Origin: a virus | Taxonomy: Duplodnaviria > Heunggongvirae > Uroviricota > Caudoviricetes | Reading direction: 5' to 3' (one strand) | DNA length: 35,292 nucleotides | IMG/VR virus record: IMGVR_UViG_2802429231_000009 | The notes under the pieces: generated by a model | What the model was told of the DNA's origin: nothing | The model's input: only the letters and a program-made list of their open reading frames with translations | Databases searched by the model: none | Part shown: one piece after another, positions 1-9,638 of the stretch | Numbering within the stretch: the stretch's first letter is position 1 | Layout: each line of letters begins with the position of its first letter | Made by a program: the position numbers and the translations under genes

Positions 1-1053
1 TTACGGGGTAATGCCAACCGCTGCCGCCACTTTGTCGCCACTTGGCAGCGTTGCCAGAGGATTGAAACGGAGCGCCGTTTCCAGATGATCCGGTGCCAGA
101 TGTGCGTAACGCATAGTCATTTTTATATCGTGGTGTCCGAGAATTTTTTGTAAGGCCAGAATGTTTCCACCCGACATCATGAAGTGCGCCGCAAACGTAT
201 GGCGCAGAACGTGTGTGAGTTGACCGCGAGGGAGCACGATAGACGTTTTTTCCATCACGGATAAAAATTGAAAATAGCAGTCTGTGAAGAAATTGAACCC
301 ATCAAGCGCCATGATCTCTTCGTAAAGCTCTTTACTGATAGGGATGCTTCTGTTTTTCTTCCCCTTCGTTCTGACAAAGGTAATTCGGTATTTGGTCACC
401 TGTGAGCGGGTAAGATTTACGGCTTCACGCCAGCGTGCGCCTGTGCTTAAGCATATCTTAACTACCAGTGCCAGAATTGGGTCCTGACGTTTGCAATCAG
501 CCAGCAATTCAACAATCTGCTCATGGGTAAGCCATGCCATCTCTTTTTCTGCGATGGTGAATTTTCGCATGTTCTCCAGTGGGTTCGGATACGACCATTC
601 GCCCAGACGGGATAGTTCGCTAAAAACACTACTTAGATAGCTTTGCTCCAGGTTAATGGTGACCGGGCTTGCTCCTTTCTTCCATTTCTCGCTGAAGTAG
701 ATCTCGCCTGTCAGGCGTTTATCTCGATAGTGGGCAAACATTTTAGAGGTGAGATCGGTTGCAAGAGGATTGCCTAGAGCGTCAACCATCAGCAGCAATT
801 TGTCATAGACATGCTGTCCAGCAGTCAGAGATTTACCATGTAGTTTGAACCATAGCTCAACCACGTCTTTCAGGGTTCGACGATCCACTGATTCGCCCAG
901 CCAGGGCTTTGATTCGGTTTCTTCCATCGTGTGACGCTCAAAAGCCAGAGCTTCGCCTTTGGTGGCGAATTGTTTACGCACACGACGCCCACTTCGTCCG
1001 GCGGGGTAACATTCGCAAAGCCATTTCCCTGTGGTGAGTTTTCGTACTGCCAT
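1..1053 (-). CDS. int: Phage tyrosine integrase (P2/186 Int family)
   Basis: ORF on minus strand ending with TAA at 1-3. Chosen start ATG at 1051-1053 preceded by GGAGGG, giving N-terminus MAVRKLTTGKW typical of this family. C-terminal LRHTFAAH...MTMRYAHL fits the tyrosine-recombinase R/HxxR/Y catalytic region. Confidence 0.88.
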   Translation of the reverse strand: MAVRKLTTGKWLCECYPAGRSGRRVRKQFATKGEALAFERHTMEETESKPWLGESVDRRTLKDVVELWFKLHGKSLTAGQHVYDKLLLMVDALGNPLATDLTSKMFAHYRDKRLTGEIYFSEKWKKGASPVTINLEQSYLSSVFSELSRLGEWSYPNPLENMRKFTIAEKEMAWLTHEQIVELLADCKRQDPILALVVKICLSTGARWREAVNLTRSQVTKYRITFVRTKGKKNRSIPISKELYEEIMALDGFNFFTDCYFQFLSVMEKTSIVLPRGQLTHVLRHTFAAHFMMSGGNILALQKILGHHDIKMTMRYAHLAPDHLETALRFNPLATLPSGDKVAAAVGITP

Positions 1054-1241
1054 AAAAAATGCCCTCCAGTAGAGAGCATTTTTACTGTATGTATAACCAG
1101 TGTCAATGTATGAAATCCTACGACCATACATCTCACTGAAGCCATAATGAAGTTGGCTATTCTTTTTGCTATGTGAGCATGTAACTTTTGCGGTTAACCT
1201 GCGGCTCATTTTTATTTTAGACGCAGATATAAAAACAAAAG

Positions 1242-1433
1242 TTATCGTGAGTTTTTAGTACAGATTTTTTTGGATTTACTAATAGTTCCATCATTGCAAA
1301 CGAATTTGCCATCTGAGGTACAGTGAGAAACACCTCCCTTTTTCCCTGAGCAGGGATAATTTCTAGCATAGGTAGTTAGTGGGTTTAATAACAAAGAACA
1401 TGACAAAACCACAAAAAATACCTTACCAAGCAT
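1242..1433 (-). CDS. Small Cys-rich protein with N-terminal signal-peptide-like segment (possible moron)
   Basis: 63-aa ORF with strong GGGAGGA Shine-Dalgarno just upstream. N-terminus [23 protein letters not shown] is hydrophobic; mature part has 6 Cys. AT-rich, between int and cI. Confidence 0.4.
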   Translation of the reverse strand: MLGKVFFVVLSCSLLLNPLTTYARNYPCSGKKGGVSHCTSDGKFVCNDGTISKSKKICTKNSR

Positions 1434-1448
1434 AGTTTCCTCCCGGTA

Positions 1449-2105
1449 CTATTTAACATACTTGACTGTTAAACTTATAATTTTACCAATTATTTCAATG
1501 TCTTCTATCTTGCATTCGAAGGCTCTGTTTCCACCCTCGACGAAGATTCTTCCACCGGGTAAACGAGTAATGTCACGGATCGTTATTTCGCCATCAATAC
1601 TTATTACCCATTTACCATCACGTATATCATCAAATTCTTTATCACAAATAAATTCAGAATTGTTATCTGTGATGACAAAAGGTTTTTTAAACGTAGAGGG
1701 TAGAAATCCCTTATCAAAAATATAAAAACCGTCTTTCTGCAATGCTCCATCAGACAATAAATATTTTTCTACTTCTATAGTATTTGTATTTGCTGATGCT
1801 TGCTTTGAACCATGCCCTGTTGTTAGCCAATTAAGCGAGGTGCCCGTTTCAAGGGCGCACTGGATTACCCAATCTGCTGGAAAAATATCACGCATATAGC
1901 GCGTTGCCATGGTGCTCTTAGAAACACCTAAATGATCACAGAGAGCCTGACGAGTACCGAACCCATATGCTTCAACTAAACGTTCTATGGCTTTCTTACC
2001 GCCGCTATTGAAATCCACAAGTCCTCCAAAGAAATCCAAAATTCGTTGACAGATTCCAAAAGCGATCTTAAAGTTGAACCAGAAGTGTTCTTTTGGAGCC
2101 TTCAC
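1449..2105 (-). CDS. cI: Phage immunity repressor, 186 CI-like (HTH)
   Basis: 218-aa ORF, GTG start, divergent from apl-like gene. HTH-like segment ERLVEAYGFGTRQALCDHLGVSKSTMATRYMR. Position between int and apl/cII as in 186. Confidence 0.65.
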   Translation of the reverse strand: MKAPKEHFWFNFKIAFGICQRILDFFGGLVDFNSGGKKAIERLVEAYGFGTRQALCDHLGVSKSTMATRYMRDIFPADWVIQCALETGTSLNWLTTGHGSKQASANTNTIEVEKYLLSDGALQKDGFYIFDKGFLPSTFKKPFVITDNNSEFICDKEFDDIRDGKWVISIDGEITIRDITRLPGGRIFVEGGNRAFECKIEDIEIIGKIISLTVKYVK

Positions 2106-2163
2106 TACTAATCACGACAAACAACGGCTCGCCACAAGCCATATCTAGAAGGAATGTTGCCTT

Positions 2164-2367
2164 ATGACACCTAACATTTCAATTACTCTGAATACACCAC
2201 ATGTCACAATCGAACGTTATAGCGAACTGACTGGCCTTTCTATTGATACGATTAACGACATGTTGGCTGATGGCCGACTACCTCGTCATCGTCTTCGTAA
2301 AGACAAAAAACGTGAAAAGGTAATGATTAACCTGGCTGCTCTGACTGTTGATGCTTTGTCTGCTTAA
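2164..2367 (+). CDS. apl: Apl/Cox-like excisionase and switch regulator
   Basis: 67-aa basic protein, first gene rightward of the repressor, immediately upstream of cII-like gene. Assignment by position and size. Confidence 0.55.
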   Translation: MTPNISITLNTPHVTIERYSELTGLSIDTINDMLADGRLPRHRLRKDKKREKVMINLAALTVDALSA

Positions 2368-2431
2368 TAGACGTCTATTTTCGCAATAAGACGCTGAGTT
2401 CGATTTTGCGATAAGTTCGGAGTTGAAAACC

Positions 2432-2941
2432 ATGTTTGATTACCAAGTTTCCAAACATCCACATTTTGATGAAGCCTGTCGTGCATTCGCACTGCGCCAC
2501 AATCTGGTGCAACTGGCAGAACGTGCGGGCATGAATGTGCAGATTCTGCGGAACAAGCTGAACCCAGCTCAACCTCATTTATTAACCGCACCAGAAATCT
2601 GGCTGCTTACCGATCTGACTGAAGATTCAACGTTGGTAGATGGTTTTCTGGCACAGATTCATTGTCTGCCATGTGTACCGATTAATGAGGTAGCAAAAGA
2701 GAAACTGCCACATTACGTCATGAGTGCAACCGCAGAGATCGGGCGTGTTGCTGCAGGTGCGGTATCTGGCGATGTAAAAACCAGTGCAGGTCGTCGTGAT
2801 GCTATCAGCAGCATTAACTCTGTAACACGACTGATGGCGCTGGCGGCTGTTTCATTGCAGGCCCGTTTACAGGCTAATCCTGCGATGGCGAGTGCAGTTG
2901 ATACCGTGACTGGCCTCGGTGCTTCATTCGGTTTGCTGTGA
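2432..2941 (+). CDS. cII: 186 CII-like lysogeny establishment activator
   Basis: Protein [19 protein letters not shown]... closely resembles 186 CII as I recall it. ATG at 2432 with GGAG 9 nt upstream preferred over the TTG at 2423 used by the ORF track. Confidence 0.72.
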   Translation: MFDYQVSKHPHFDEACRAFALRHNLVQLAERAGMNVQILRNKLNPAQPHLLTAPEIWLLTDLTEDSTLVDGFLAQIHCLPCVPINEVAKEKLPHYVMSATAEIGRVAAGAVSGDVKTSAGRRDAISSINSVTRLMALAAVSLQARLQANPAMASAVDTVTGLGASFGLL

Positions 2942-2948
2942 GGTGCTT

Positions 2949-3245
2949 ATGCTGACGAAAGAACCATCATTTGCATCGCTGCTGGTAAAACAAAGCCCGG
3001 CAATGCACTACGGTCACGGCTGGATCATGGGTGAGGATGGTAAACGCTGGCATCCGTGCCGTTCACAAGATGAATTGCTGTCTGAATTGACCACGGGGAA
3101 ACGGAGAAAGTCAAAATGTATGCAGCGGAAAGTGAAGTGGTTTATCAGTTTCGTTACAGAGGGGAGAGTTATTCAGTACCTGAAGATGATTTGCTCTGTT
3201 GTTATCCGTCGTTGTCGGGCGATGGCAGTTACTTTTTCACGCTAA
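2949..3245 (+). CDS. Hypothetical early protein (Fil-like position)
   Basis: ATG at 2949 with GAGGTG upstream. N-terminal part looks protein-like, C-terminal part is low-complexity and overlaps the 3116 ORF in another frame. Confidence 0.3.
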   Translation: MLTKEPSFASLLVKQSPAMHYGHGWIMGEDGKRWHPCRSQDELLSELTTGKRRKSKCMQRKVKWFISFVTEGRVIQYLKMICSVVIRRCRAMAVTFSR

Positions 3246-3340
3246 AGGATGGGACGTTTTTACGGGGAGAGCAGGTTAAAGAGACGATACGAAAAAATGT
3301 ATCTCCTCTTGAACGTTACCGTAAGAACAAAGAACGATAG
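3116..3340 (+). CDS. Hypothetical early protein
   Basis: 74-aa ORF with ACGGAG RBS about 8 nt upstream; composition looks protein-like. Confidence 0.4.
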   Translation: MYAAESEVVYQFRYRGESYSVPEDDLLCCYPSLSGDGSYFFTLKDGTFLRGEQVKETIRKNVSPLERYRKNKER

Positions 3341-3362
3341 TTGCGTTTTGGGGATATGAATT

Positions 3363-3704
3363 ATGGCAATTAATGGCGCTGCGGCGACTGTTCCATTAAG
3401 CCCCGGTGAACGCCTGAATGGACTTAATCACATTGCGGAGTTAAGGGCGAAAGTTTTTGGCCTGAATATTGAGTCAGAGCTTGAGCGGTTTATTAAAGAT
3501 ATGCGTGATCCACGGGATATCAATAGCGAACAAAATAAACGGGCACTGGCTGCCATATTCTTTATGGCAAAAATTCCAGCTGAACGTCATAGCATCAGCA
3601 TTAATGAGCTGACCACTGACGAAAAGCGGGAGTTGATTAAAGCAATGAATCATTTTCGTGCAGTGGTGAGCTTATTTCCCAGACGGCTAACCATGCCGAA
3701 TTAA
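3363..3704 (+). CDS. Hypothetical early protein
   Basis: 113-aa ORF in the early rightward operon. Confidence 0.5.
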   Translation: MAINGAAATVPLSPGERLNGLNHIAELRAKVFGLNIESELERFIKDMRDPRDINSEQNKRALAAIFFMAKIPAERHSISINELTTDEKRELIKAMNHFRAVVSLFPRRLTMPN

Positions 3705-3771
3705 CCAGCTAATGAAATTAATGGCGTAAACCCGCCGGGCATCCCTTTATCTAAATTCAGGAGAATTGATT

Positions 3772-4005
3772 ATGCGTAATATTGAAACCCTCACGACTAA
3801 AACCGGACCGGATGACGCAGGGCTTAATATTTTACTGACAGAGGCTCGTCTGGAAGAACGCCGGGCAAGGGCTGAAGCAATGGCTGCCCGCCTTGATAGT
3901 CTTGCGTGTCATATCACATCCCGCCAGCTAAACCACGTCGAAGCGGCAGAACTGCTGCGTGTGACCGCTGAAGCAATCCAGAACGAAGCGCAGGAGATCC
4001 ACTAA
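3772..4005 (+). CDS. Hypothetical early protein
   Basis: ATG at 3772 preceded by CAGGAGAA; 77 aa; its stop overlaps the next start. Confidence 0.5.
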   Translation: MRNIETLTTKTGPDDAGLNILLTEARLEERRARAEAMAARLDSLACHITSRQLNHVEAAELLRVTAEAIQNEAQEIH

Positions 4006-4232
4006 TGGCTGATGCAATGGATCTCGTACAGCAGCGCGTTGAAGAAGAACGCCAGCGCCATATCCGTGCTGCCCGTGCCAAAACACCGGGCGTGTCTCGC
4101 GTGCTTTGCATTGAATGTGAAGCGCCAATTCCGCCAGCACGCCGCCGCGCCATTCCAGGAGTGCAGCTTTGCATTACCTGTCAGGAAATCGCAGAGCTGA
4201 AAGGCAAACATTACAACGGAGGTGCTGTATGA
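4005..4232 (+). CDS. TraR/DksA-family C4 zinc-finger protein
   Basis: 75 aa with CIEC-x17-CITC four-cysteine motif. Confidence 0.7.
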   Translation: MADAMDLVQQRVEEERQRHIRAARAKTPGVSRVLCIECEAPIPPARRRAIPGVQLCITCQEIAELKGKHYNGGAV

Positions 4233-4531
4233 CAGGGGCTGTGCGTATCCATCAATTAAAAATTGCACCTAAGTATTTCAACGCTGTGGTTGCAGGTCAA
4301 AAGACGGCTGAACTTCGTAAAGACGATCGTGGCTATAAAGTTGGTGATGTTCTTTCTCTTTGCGAATGGAAGCATGGCGTATTTACGGGTAGGGAATGGG
4401 CCGCGGTTATCTCTCATGTGCTTCCGGTTAATGACGTCATGGCAGTTTCAGAACAATGGGTGATGCTATCAATTCGCTCATTAACCCCATTAGAAGCTTT
4501 AGGATATGTTATTGCAGGAGGTGCTGTATGA
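4229..4531 (+). CDS. Hypothetical protein, ASCH/DUF3850-like
   Basis: ATG at 4229 overlaps previous stop (ATGA); its stop overlaps the dam start. 100 aa. Confidence 0.5.
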   Translation: MTGAVRIHQLKIAPKYFNAVVAGQKTAELRKDDRGYKVGDVLSLCEWKHGVFTGREWAAVISHVLPVNDVMAVSEQWVMLSIRSLTPLEALGYVIAGGAV

Positions 4532-5385
4532 GCACCATCCTGAAATGGGCGGGTAATAAAACCACCATTATGTCCGAACTGAAAAAATACCTTCCTGCTG
4601 GCACGCGACTGGTTGAACCTTTCGCGGGTTCTTGTGCTGTGATGATGGAGACGGATTACCCCAGCTATCTGGTTGCGGATATTAATCCTGATTTAATCAA
4701 CCTCTATAAAAAGGTTGCTGCTGATTGTGAGGCGTTTATATCTCGTGCCAGAGCTTTATTTGAGGAAGCAAACAGAGAGGTGGCTTATTACAACATAAGG
4801 CAGGAGTTTAATTACTCCACTGAAATTACTGATTTCATGAAAGCGGTATATTTTCTGTATCTCAATCGTCATGGTTACCGTGGGCTATGTCGCTATAACA
4901 AGAGCGGGTATTTCAACATTCCCTACGGTAATTATAAAAATCCGTATTTCCCTGAAAAAGAAATTCGCGCATTTGCAGAGAAAGCCCAGCGGGCAACGTT
5001 TATCTGCGCCAGCTTTGATGAAACGCTGGCGATGTTGAAGGCGGGGGATGTGGTGTATTGCGATCCGCCTTATGACGGTACGTTTTCCGGCTATCACACT
5101 GATGGCTTCACTGAAGATGACCAGTATCACCTGGCATCCGTTCTTGAACATCGATCATCTGAAGGTCATCCGGTCATTGTTTCTAACAGTGACACATCCC
5201 TGATCCGTTCGCTGTATCGCAATTTTACTCACCACTACATCAAGGCAAAACGCAGCATCGGCGTGGCAGCTGGTGAGAGTAAATCTGCAACAGAAATCAT
5301 CGCTGTTTCCGGGCCGCGCTGCTGGGTAGGATTTGATCCTTCGCGTGGCGTGGATTGTTCCGTCGTGTACGGAGTGCGTGCATGA
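4528..5385 (+). CDS. dam: DNA adenine methyltransferase (Dam-like, N6-adenine)
   Basis: N-terminus [18 protein letters not shown] segment and DPPY catalytic motif (VYCDPPYDG). Start ATG 4528 overlaps upstream stop. Confidence 0.85.
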   Translation: MSTILKWAGNKTTIMSELKKYLPAGTRLVEPFAGSCAVMMETDYPSYLVADINPDLINLYKKVAADCEAFISRARALFEEANREVAYYNIRQEFNYSTEITDFMKAVYFLYLNRHGYRGLCRYNKSGYFNIPYGNYKNPYFPEKEIRAFAEKAQRATFICASFDETLAMLKAGDVVYCDPPYDGTFSGYHTDGFTEDDQYHLASVLEHRSSEGHPVIVSNSDTSLIRSLYRNFTHHYIKAKRSIGVAAGESKSATEIIAVSGPRCWVGFDPSRGVDCSVVYGVRA

Positions 5386-7796
5386 GCCATGCTGATATGA
5401 ACAACTGCAGCGGCTTTAACGAGGTCGCCGCAGCATTCTCATGGAACAGCCCGAAAAAGGCCATTAACCCTTATCTGGACCCGGCGGAAGTTGCGCCGGT
5501 TTCTGCGCTTTCAAACCTGATCACTCTGTACGCTGCCGATAACGAGCAGGAACAACTGCGCCGCGAGGCACTGAGTGATCAGGTCTGGGAGCGTTATTTC
5601 TTTAATGAATCCCGTGATCCTGTCCAACGCGAAATGGAGCAGGATAAGCTAATTAGCCGGGCAAAGCTGGCGCATGAGCAGCAGCGTTTTAATCCAGACA
5701 TGGCCATTCTGGCGGACGTCAACGCCCAGCCTTCCCATATCAGCAAGCCGCTGATGCAACGTATTAAATACTTCAGCAGCCTGGGCAGGCCAAAGGCTTA
5801 TTCCCGCTATTTGCGTGAGACGATTAAGCCATGCTTGGAACGACTGGAGCATGTACGCGACAGTCAGCTATCCACTTCTTTTCGCTTTATGGCAAGCCAT
5901 GAAGGGCTGGACGGCCTGCTGATCCTGCCTGAAATGAGTCAGGATCAGGTGAAACGCCTGTCCACCTTGGTAGCTGCGCATATGAGCATGTGCCTTGATA
6001 CAGCTTGTGGCGATTTGTATGCCACCGATGATGTTACGCCAGAAGAAATCCGCAAGACATGGGAAAAGGTGGCAGCGGAAACCCTGCGTCTGGATGTTAT
6101 CCCGCCTGCGTTTGAGCAACTCTGTCGGAAAAGAAACCGCCGTAAACCCGTGCCTTATGAACTCATTCCGGGTTCGCTGGCGCGTATGTTATGCGCCGAC
6201 TGGTGGTATCGGAAATTATGGAAGATGCGTTGCGAATGGCGGGAAGAGCAGTTGCGTGCTGTTTGCCTGGTCAGCAAAAAAGCATCTCCCTATGTCAGCT
6301 ATGAAGCCGTGATGCATAAACGTGAGCAGCGCCGTAAGTCGCTGGAGTTTTTCCGTTCTCATGAACTGGTGAACGAAGACGGCGACACGCTGGATATGGA
6401 AGACGTGGTAAACGCCAGCAGCAGCAACCCTGCGCATCGCCGCAATGAGATGATGGCCTGTGTTAAAGGTCTGGAGCTTATCGCGGAAATGCGTGGTGAC
6501 TGCGCCGTTTTCTACACCATCACCTGTCCGTCACGTTTCCATTCCACGCTAAATAACGGCAGGCCCAACCCGACCTGGACAAATGCGACGGTAAGACAAA
6601 GCAGTGATTATCTGGTCGGTATGTTTGCTGCATTTCGTAAGGCTATGCACAAAGCCGGGTTGCGCTGGTATGGCGTGCGGGTGGCTGAGCCGCATCATGA
6701 CGGCACAGTTCACTGGCACCTGTTGTGTTTCATGCGCAAAAAAGACCGCCGCGCCATTACTGCATTGTTGCGTAAGTTTGCCATCCGTGAAGACCGCGAG
6801 GAGCTGGGCAATAACACGGGGCCGCGCTTTAAGTCTGAGCTGATAAACCCGCGCAAAGGAACGCCGACAAGCTACATTGCGAAATATATCAGTAAGAATA
6901 TTGACGGGCGTGGTCTGGCTGGCGAGATCAGTAAGGAAACGGGTAAATCCCTGCGTGATAACGCTGAATACGTTAATGCCTGGGCGTCTCTGCATCGTGT
7001 TCAGCAATTCCGCTTCTTTGGCATTCCGGGGCGTCAGGCTTACCGTGAACTGCGATTGCTGGCTGGTCAGGCGGCAAGGCAACAGGGTGACAAAAAAGCA
7101 GGTGCGCCGGTACTGGATAACCCGCGCCTTGATGCCATCCTGGCTGCTGCTGATGCTGGTTGTTTTGCCACCTACATCATGAAGCAGGGCGGCGTACTGG
7201 TTCCCCGCAAATATCACCTCATCAGAACCGCTTATGAAATCAACGAAGAGCCAACCGCCTATGGCGATCACGGTATTCGTATTTATGGCATCTGGTCACC
7301 CATTGCAGAGGGCAAGATCTGCACTCATGCAGTGAAGTGGAAAATGGTTCGTAAGGCCGTTGACGTTCAGGAGGCGGCAGCCGACCAGGGCGCTTGCGCC
7401 CCTTGGACTCGTGGCAATAACTGTCCCCTTGCGGAAAATTTGAACCAACAGGAGAAAGATAAATCAGCTGATGGGGACACCAGAACGGACATTACCCGCA
7501 TGGATGACAAGGAGTTGCACGATTACCTGCACAGTATGAGCAAAAAAGAGCGCCGGGAACTGGCAGCAAGGTTACGCCTGGTGAAGCCGAAACGGCGTAG
7601 AGACTACAAACAGCGAATTACAGACCATCAACGACAGCAGCTCGTCTATGAACTGAAGTCCAGAGGATTTGATGGCAGCGAGAAAGAGGTCGATTTACTC
7701 CTTCGCGGTGGCAGTATTCCGTCAGGAGCAGGCCTGCGTATCTTCTATCGGAACCAGCGTTTGCAGGAAGATGATAAGTGGCGGAATCTGTATTAA
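5382..7796 (+). CDS. A: Rolling-circle replication initiator (P2 gpA / 186 RepA, HUH endonuclease)
   Basis: HUH motif in [10 protein letters not shown] and tyrosine motif [12 protein letters not shown]. About 804 aa. ATG at 5382 overlaps dam stop (ATGA), preferred over the upstream start at 5355. Confidence 0.9.
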   Translation: MSHADMNNCSGFNEVAAAFSWNSPKKAINPYLDPAEVAPVSALSNLITLYAADNEQEQLRREALSDQVWERYFFNESRDPVQREMEQDKLISRAKLAHEQQRFNPDMAILADVNAQPSHISKPLMQRIKYFSSLGRPKAYSRYLRETIKPCLERLEHVRDSQLSTSFRFMASHEGLDGLLILPEMSQDQVKRLSTLVAAHMSMCLDTACGDLYATDDVTPEEIRKTWEKVAAETLRLDVIPPAFEQLCRKRNRRKPVPYELIPGSLARMLCADWWYRKLWKMRCEWREEQLRAVCLVSKKASPYVSYEAVMHKREQRRKSLEFFRSHELVNEDGDTLDMEDVVNASSSNPAHRRNEMMACVKGLELIAEMRGDCAVFYTITCPSRFHSTLNNGRPNPTWTNATVRQSSDYLVGMFAAFRKAMHKAGLRWYGVRVAEPHHDGTVHWHLLCFMRKKDRRAITALLRKFAIREDREELGNNTGPRFKSELINPRKGTPTSYIAKYISKNIDGRGLAGEISKETGKSLRDNAEYVNAWASLHRVQQFRFFGIPGRQAYRELRLLAGQAARQQGDKKAGAPVLDNPRLDAILAAADAGCFATYIMKQGGVLVPRKYHLIRTAYEINEEPTAYGDHGIRIYGIWSPIAEGKICTHAVKWKMVRKAVDVQEAAADQGACAPWTRGNNCPLAENLNQQEKDKSADGDTRTDITRMDDKELHDYLHSMSKKERRELAARLRLVKPKRRRDYKQRITDHQRQQLVYELKSRGFDGSEKEVDLLLRGGSIPSGAGLRIFYRNQRLQEDDKWRNLY

Positions 7797-7890
7797 TTAC
7801 GCGGGTTAACAATTCGTGCTCTTAATAATACCAGGCATATCAGGCTGATGAACGTAAAAAAACGTTTTACATCAGTAAGATTATTATATA

Positions 7891-7906
7891 CTGTAAATAT
7901 AAACAG
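7891..7906. promoter_or_regulatory. LexA (SOS) box CTGT-N8-ACAG
   Basis: TACTGTAAATATAAACAGTG matches the LexA operator consensus; 43 bp upstream of the 7949 ORF. Confidence 0.6.
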
Positions 7907-7948
7907 TGGTTATGTATACAGTATTGCTTTGGTGTCATAGGAGGAAAG

Positions 7949-8137
7949 ATGCAGGACTATTTTTTGGAGTCTTTGAAGCTCCAGCGCATTGATTTTTTTC
8001 TTAAGCTTGTAGCGGCTAGTGAGTGTAGTGATGAAGAGAAGGGGCTGGCCCTGCAGTGGGTTTCTGAACTGACAGATGAACTCATGGCAAAAATCAGAAC
8101 CCACGAATACAACCGCTCAATGGATGTCATCAGCTGA
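7949..8137 (+). CDS. Small SOS-regulated protein, possible Tum-like antirepressor component
   Basis: 62-aa ORF immediately downstream of the LexA box and upstream of the DinI-like gene. Confidence 0.45.
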   Translation: MQDYFLESLKLQRIDFFLKLVAASECSDEEKGLALQWVSELTDELMAKIRTHEYNRSMDVIS

Positions 8138-8147
8138 GGTGACTTTT

Positions 8148-8381
8148 ATGCGCATTGAAATAATGATCGATAAAGAGCAGAAGATTAGCCAGTCTACACT
8201 GGACGCCCTTGAATCCGAGCTTTACCGCAATCTGCGCCCCCTGTATCCCAAAACGGTAATTCGTATCCGCAAAGGTAGCTCTAACGGTGTGGAACTGACC
8301 GGACTGCAACTGGACGAAGAAAGAAAACAAGTGATGAAAATTATGCAGAAGGTGTGGGAAGACGACAGCTGGCTGCATTAA
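8148..8381 (+). CDS. DinI-family protein
   Basis: MRIEIMIDKEQKISQSTLDALESELYRNL...KVWEDDSWL resembles E. coli DinI (MRIEV...ETWESADDWF). GAGGTGA RBS before the ATG at 8148. Confidence 0.78.
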   Translation: MRIEIMIDKEQKISQSTLDALESELYRNLRPLYPKTVIRIRKGSSNGVELTGLQLDEERKQVMKIMQKVWEDDSWLH

Positions 8382-8514
8382 GAAACGTTGCTGGCGTCTG
8401 AACTTGTTTCTGGCGTCAGCAAGGTTGAACAACGAGCCCTTGCGAGGCGTTAGCTCTGTAGTGCATGTCTATGCCGCATGAGATCGCATGATCGTTTGAG
8501 GATCGTTTTTGCTA

Positions 8515-8541
8515 AGGCCCGCCAGAACTGGCGGGCTTTTG
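8515..8541 (+). terminator. Rho-independent terminator-like hairpin
   Basis: GCCCGCC-AGAACT-GGCGGGC stem-loop followed by TTTT, downstream of the DinI-like gene. Confidence 0.5.
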
Positions 8542-8586
8542 CGTAGATCATGCAGGTGCATGAAAACCACTACATAAAGCGGGCAG

Positions 8587-8605
8587 GCGTGGCGGGGATA
8601 CGAGC
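8587..8605. other. Putative cos (cohesive end) site
   Basis: GGCGTGGCGGGGATACGAG resembles the 19-nt P2/186 cohesive-end sequence as I recall it, at the expected position before the portal side. Confidence 0.4.
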
Positions 8606-8742
8606 GCGCGTTGTGGCTTGCAGCGGTGATTCTTTACATTGTGTTATCTTGAATTTATTGTAGCATTTTCGTAACAAACTAAGGTTCTTCGATTGCATAG
8701 ATAGGAAAAAGTGTTTGTTTGTTAGTCACTGCTTGATTACAC

Positions 8743-8765
8743 TCGTCTACTCTTGAAGTAGACGA
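8743..8765. promoter_or_regulatory. Perfect inverted repeat, candidate operator upstream of the cargo operon
   Basis: TCGTCTAC-TCTTGAA-GTAGACGA, about 55 bp upstream of the 8821 start. Confidence 0.3.
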
Positions 8766-8820
8766 TAGGTATTCGCTAGCACTTTAGGGTAATCAAACAA
8801 CCTGTAAAGAGAGGATTATT

Positions 8821-9393
8821 GTGCAGGTAGTTCATATAGGGTTTCATAACTGCCTTAATCGTGGCAGTTATGAGACGATACGGCAAAGCGTACCCTTTTT
8901 AAGCCGTTCAGGCCCTAAACAATGGTTAACTCAAGGTTACTATTTTTGGACTGATGACCCATACTGGGCTCATCAGTGGAACGAAGGTCATGATACGGTC
9001 ATTAGTGAATTTTCTATCACCTTTGATTCAAAGGATGAGTTGCTTGATTTGGTTGGAAATGCTCGAGATATCAGGCAATTTGAAGCTATGCGTCAGAAAG
9101 TTGCCAGTACTTTGACTCGAATGAGCGCCTTGCATATCACAGTCAATCAGGTCATTAGCTTTTTTAGAGAGCTCGAGCAATCTGATGATTTTAAAGGCGT
9201 ATTTCCATATGCTGCTGTTAAGGCACAAGATAGTACGAAAGTGTCTAATCTTATAAGACTTAACTTTGTAGATGAGCGCCCAGAACAGATGGTTTCATTT
9301 ACCCGTCAGCAAATGTGTGTTTATGAACATGCTCGAGGTAAGATAGAGTTTAGAAGATTTATCTTTCCAGAGCATTTCTGTGAGAAGGATTAA
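8821..9393 (+). CDS. Cargo gene 1: uncharacterised 190-aa protein, candidate toxin/effector
   Basis: GTG start with AAGAGAGGA RBS, in an AT-rich island. No family recognised; contains an R-x4-H (RMSALH) motif of uncertain meaning. Confidence 0.55.
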   Translation: MQVVHIGFHNCLNRGSYETIRQSVPFLSRSGPKQWLTQGYYFWTDDPYWAHQWNEGHDTVISEFSITFDSKDELLDLVGNARDIRQFEAMRQKVASTLTRMSALHITVNQVISFFRELEQSDDFKGVFPYAAVKAQDSTKVSNLIRLNFVDERPEQMVSFTRQQMCVYEHARGKIEFRRFIFPEHFCEKD

Positions 9394-9402
9394 GGAGGAA
9401 AA

Positions 9403-9636
9403 ATGCTTTCCTTTGAACAAAGAATGGCCTTACTTAACAAGGCATTACAGCAGTATACTCCTGAGTCGCTTTATGAAAAATTAAGCTCGTACCCGGCTTA
9501 TGGACCAACAATCGTAAGCTACGAGCTTCCAAGCTCCGAAGGGTTCATTACATTGAGACCACGTCTGATCAATCATGCTGCTGAACGTTCAGTGGATTTC
9601 TTTTCAGATGATACTGAATTGGATTTAGCGGCCTGA
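9403..9636 (+). CDS. Cargo gene 2: uncharacterised 77-aa protein, candidate antitoxin
   Basis: Strong AAGGAGGA RBS; 9-nt gap from gene 1 and 2-nt gap to gene 3; acidic C-terminus. Confidence 0.5.
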   Translation: MLSFEQRMALLNKALQQYTPESLYEKLSSYPAYGPTIVSYELPSSEGFITLRPRLINHAAERSVDFFSDDTELDLAA

Positions 9637-9638
9637 CG

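Noticed and set aside
1054-1209. Upstream extension of the integrase ORF to 402 aa
   Set aside because: The internal ATG at 1053 has a GGAGGG RBS and gives the family-typical N-terminus; the extension is AT-rich and lacks an RBS.
6549-7271. 240-aa minus-strand ORF
   Set aside because: Antisense inside the replication initiator gene, which carries clear HUH and tyrosine motifs on the plus strand.
8387-8425. Possible hairpin after the DinI-like gene
   Set aside because: The repeats are direct rather than inverted; the convincing terminator is the hairpin at 8515-8541.
8821-9393. HEPN RNase assignment for cargo gene 1
   Set aside because: It rests only on a single R-x4-H motif, which occurs by chance; kept as a speculative note, not a call.
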